Below, one piece after another: positions 61,000-64,000 of a DNA stretch of 64,000 nucleotides (position 1 is its first letter; every line of letters starts with the position of its first letter). The notes under the pieces are model-generated. The model searched no databases. It was given only the letters and a program-made list of their open reading frames with translations, and was not told where the DNA came from. Source of the stretch: Gracilinanus agilis (lineage: Eukaryota); NCBI RefSeq assembly GCF_016433145.1, contig NC_058130.1, positions 86,034,640 to 86,098,639 on the forward strand, written 5' to 3'. The translations under genes and the position numbers were made by a program.

Positions 61000-62420
61000 C
61001 CAGCCCATCTAGCAGTTCACTCAAATGAATGTTAGATTATCTAGTCCTAGAGAAATTTGCATTCTAATGTGGCACACAAACTATAAGTAAATAAACATAT
61101 GCAGGATTTATTCAAATTAGATGAAAAGCAGTCTTAGATAGAAAGCTGAGATTCACAGAAGCCAGAGATTCTGGGAGGAGTATGAGGAGGAAGGAGAAGA
61201 GAGGAGAGCATGCTTGGCCTGGGGGAACAGCCAGAGAAAGTGGAGTATCACATATAAAAGGATCTGCAGGTAGGCCAGTGTGGTTGGATTGTGGATCACA
61301 TAGAAGGTAGTGATGTAGAAAACTGGAAAGAGAACAAGGGCCCAGATTATAAGATTTTTAAATGACCTTCTGAGGAGTTTATATTCAGTTCTGGAGGTAA
61401 CGGAGCCACTGGAGGGTGGGTGAGGGACTAACAGCCCTGCCTATGCTTCAGGAAATCACTTTGTGAGCTGTGCAGAGGATAGATAGTGTAACAGGGAGAG
61501 GCTTGAGTTGAGAAGTCCAAGGTTAAAGTTATGTGAATGGAGAGAAGATGATATATATGAGAGGTATGGAGCTAGAAACAAGATTTGACAACTGACTGGA
61601 TATGTAGAGTCAGTAAGGTAGAATAGTAGATGATAACTAAGGTTGTAAACCTAGTGACTGTAAAGATGAAGGTGTCCCCAACAGTGGTAGGGAAATTTGG
61701 AAGTTTGCAGGGAAAGATAAGTTCTCTTTTAGACAGGTTGAATTTGAGATGCCTATGGGTCATCAACTTCAGAATTCCAATAGGCAACTGAGGATATAGG
61801 ATTAGAGTCTCTCTCCTGAGAGAGACTGAGGCTAGATAATGAGGATCCAACACTTTGGCTGCCTAAAGGTAATAATTGAACCTTTGAAAGATGATGAGAG
61901 AGAAGGGAGAGAGAACCCAGGACACAACCTAAGGGAACACCTCCCATTTGTGGGTTCTGATATGAATAAAGATCCAAGAAAGGAGAGTGAAGAAAAAAAA
62001 AAGTAGTCAAACAGGTAGGAAAGACCAGTGTTACAAAAACTCAGAGAGGAGAAAATTTTCAGAAGAAAGTAGTCAGTGGCTTCAAATCCCTTGCTCAAAA
62101 ATCTTGAGTGATTTTTCATTGTCTTCAGGATAAGACATGAACTCTTCAGCCAACCTCTCTACTCTCTGAGTCCCACTTAACTTGCCACTCTATCCATATT
62201 ATAGTCTCTTTCTTCCTACAGTCTGAATTCTAGCCAAACTGCCTACTTAGCCTTTTCCTGATTACAACTTAGCATCTTTTATCTCCATGTCATGCCTGAG
62301 AAACACCCTCCTCTTACGTGTATCTTTTAGAATCCTTAACATCTTTGAAGGATCAACCCAGGCCTTTCCTGAATTTTTGGTGCTCTTGAAATTACCTTAT
62401 CACTGCACATCTCACACCTC
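61000..62420. mobile_element. L2 LINE fragments in both orientations
   Basis: Purine-rich antisense L2 (GAGTTTGAGATGCC, GAGCCCTAAGGGAACACC-like) followed by a sense L2 piece from ~62085. Confidence 0.6.
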
Positions 62421-62939
62421 TATTCCCCCCAGTAATATTTGGCAGATTTTTTTAAGGCTGGTAGGTCTTGTTCCTAAATACAGACCACACCAACCAAAAT
62501 CAGTTCTCTCTGGAATTGAGTCAAATATACACACATAGAAAATAATACCAAACTACTCAGTGTGGGGTTATAGGTATACTAAATAAACCAATTATAGGCT
62601 CTGCCCAGGCTTTATATAAGCAGATTGAGAGGATGGAAAGAAATGATCTATTCATTCAGATTAATATGGCATATAGTAGGCAATTTTGTCTTATTAAATA
62701 GGAGAGGAGAGGATTGTGATAAATCTAGGAAGACAAATCATTTGCAATTGATCTCCACTGTACAAGAGCAAGCTGGAGCATGTGCTGAGAGGCATAATCA
62801 TGTTTGAGCTCTTATATAGCCAACCAGCTTTAGGAATAGAAGGCCACATAGAAATATAATGTATAAATTTTCTAGTATTCTTTTGTCTGCAGCATTAACT
62901 GGAGTTTGGTAGTTTACTAAAACAAAATTCACCATATCA

Positions 62940-63470
62940 CTGGGGCAACAGCTAGGAGGCACCATCGAGCACAGAGTGGCAGATGTACAGTGAGGAAGAC
63001 TCAAGTTCAAATCAAGCCTTAAATACTTACTACCTGTGCAACTCTGGGAATGTCACTTCACTTCAGTTCACCTCCGCTTTCTCATCTGTGAAATGGACAT
63101 AATAATAGCATTCACCTCCCTGGGTTGGTGTAAAGATCAAATGAGTTAATAATTGTAAAGCACTTAGCATAATGCAGCACATAGTAATTACTCTGTAAAT
63201 AAAGTTAGCTATTATTATTACCTCCTACAGGAAATCTTTCCCAACCCTTCTTAATTCTGGTGCCTTCCTTATCTTAATTCCTAGTTATCATATATATGAC
63301 ATATATAAAGTAGATAGCTATAGAGGGGGGTATCATTTGTACATATTTGTTTGCTTGTCTCCCCCCATTAGACTGAGTTCTGAGCCAGGACTATGCTGCT
63401 TCTTTTTGTATCCCTCATGCTTACACAGTGCATGGAATATAATAGGCACTTAATAAATACTTATTTACTG
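62940..63470 (+). mobile_element. MIR SINE (62940-63210) followed by an L2 3' end (63210-63470)
   Basis: MIR core TTCAAATC..CCTT..ACTTACTACCTGTG...TTTCTCATCTGTGAAATGG...TGTAAAGCACTTAG; L2 terminus ATAGGCACTTAATAAATAC. Confidence 0.75.
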
Positions 63471-64000
63471 ACAAACTGATAGTTAGCCTTCACATATATA
63501 CTGATTTGTGGTAAATACACATATTTCATACACATACACAAATAACCGTCATGCTCTCAAAATGCCAAGACATAAAGTGAAAAGTAGGAAGTCCTAATAC
63601 CAGCTTTGAGAGTAGATTTGGCAGTTAATTCTGCATAGCATTCATGACATCAGCTATCTTTGAATCATAATCAATAGATGGAAAAAGAACAGATTTCCAT
63701 GAAGACTTATTTTTTCTATATTTTCATCCTTGAGAGCAGCATTTCCTTTATCTGACATATTACTATCTTGTTATAACTCAATATATCTCAGAACAGAATT
63801 TAATATAACATAGATCATATTTTAGATATGATGCAGAGGACTTGTCTACTAAAGTAATAAAAGATTTGGGGTACAAGATAGCTTCATTTATAAGGTTCTT
63901 CCTGATAGAATGTAAGTATAACAGTTATGCAATATGTTCTCTAAGCATGCATAAAAAATTTTATAGTCTGTATTTTAAGATCCTTCATGAATTAAACTTA

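Overview
Marsupial genomic DNA, probably didelphid (opossum-like), inferred from the tRNA-headed SINE family and hAT MITEs. It is orthologous to the human 3p21.1 cluster, in the order NEK4 (3' end, +), SPCS1 (-), GLT8D1 (+), GNL3/nucleostemin (-), PBRM1 (5' end, +). Complete exon chains were reconstructed by hand for SPCS1, GLT8D1 (371 aa) and GNL3 (552 aa). GNL3 hosts four intronic box C/D snoRNAs (three SNORD19-family, one SNORD69). There are two bidirectional CpG-island promoters and two convergent 3' ends. Repeats include L1, L2, CR1, SINEs, LTRs, a deleted ERV and four DNA-transposon MITEs. I found no wholly new gene system. The most notable observations are: ATA in place of the canonical SPCS1 start ATG, with an in-frame upstream ATG; a fossil duplicate of GNL3 exon 6 plus a possible SNORD19 relic; a guide core shared by SNORD19 and SNORD69; a D-to-N change in the GNL3 G3 motif; and a four-level nested TE stack. 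Gene and family names come from recalled homologous sequences, not from database searches.
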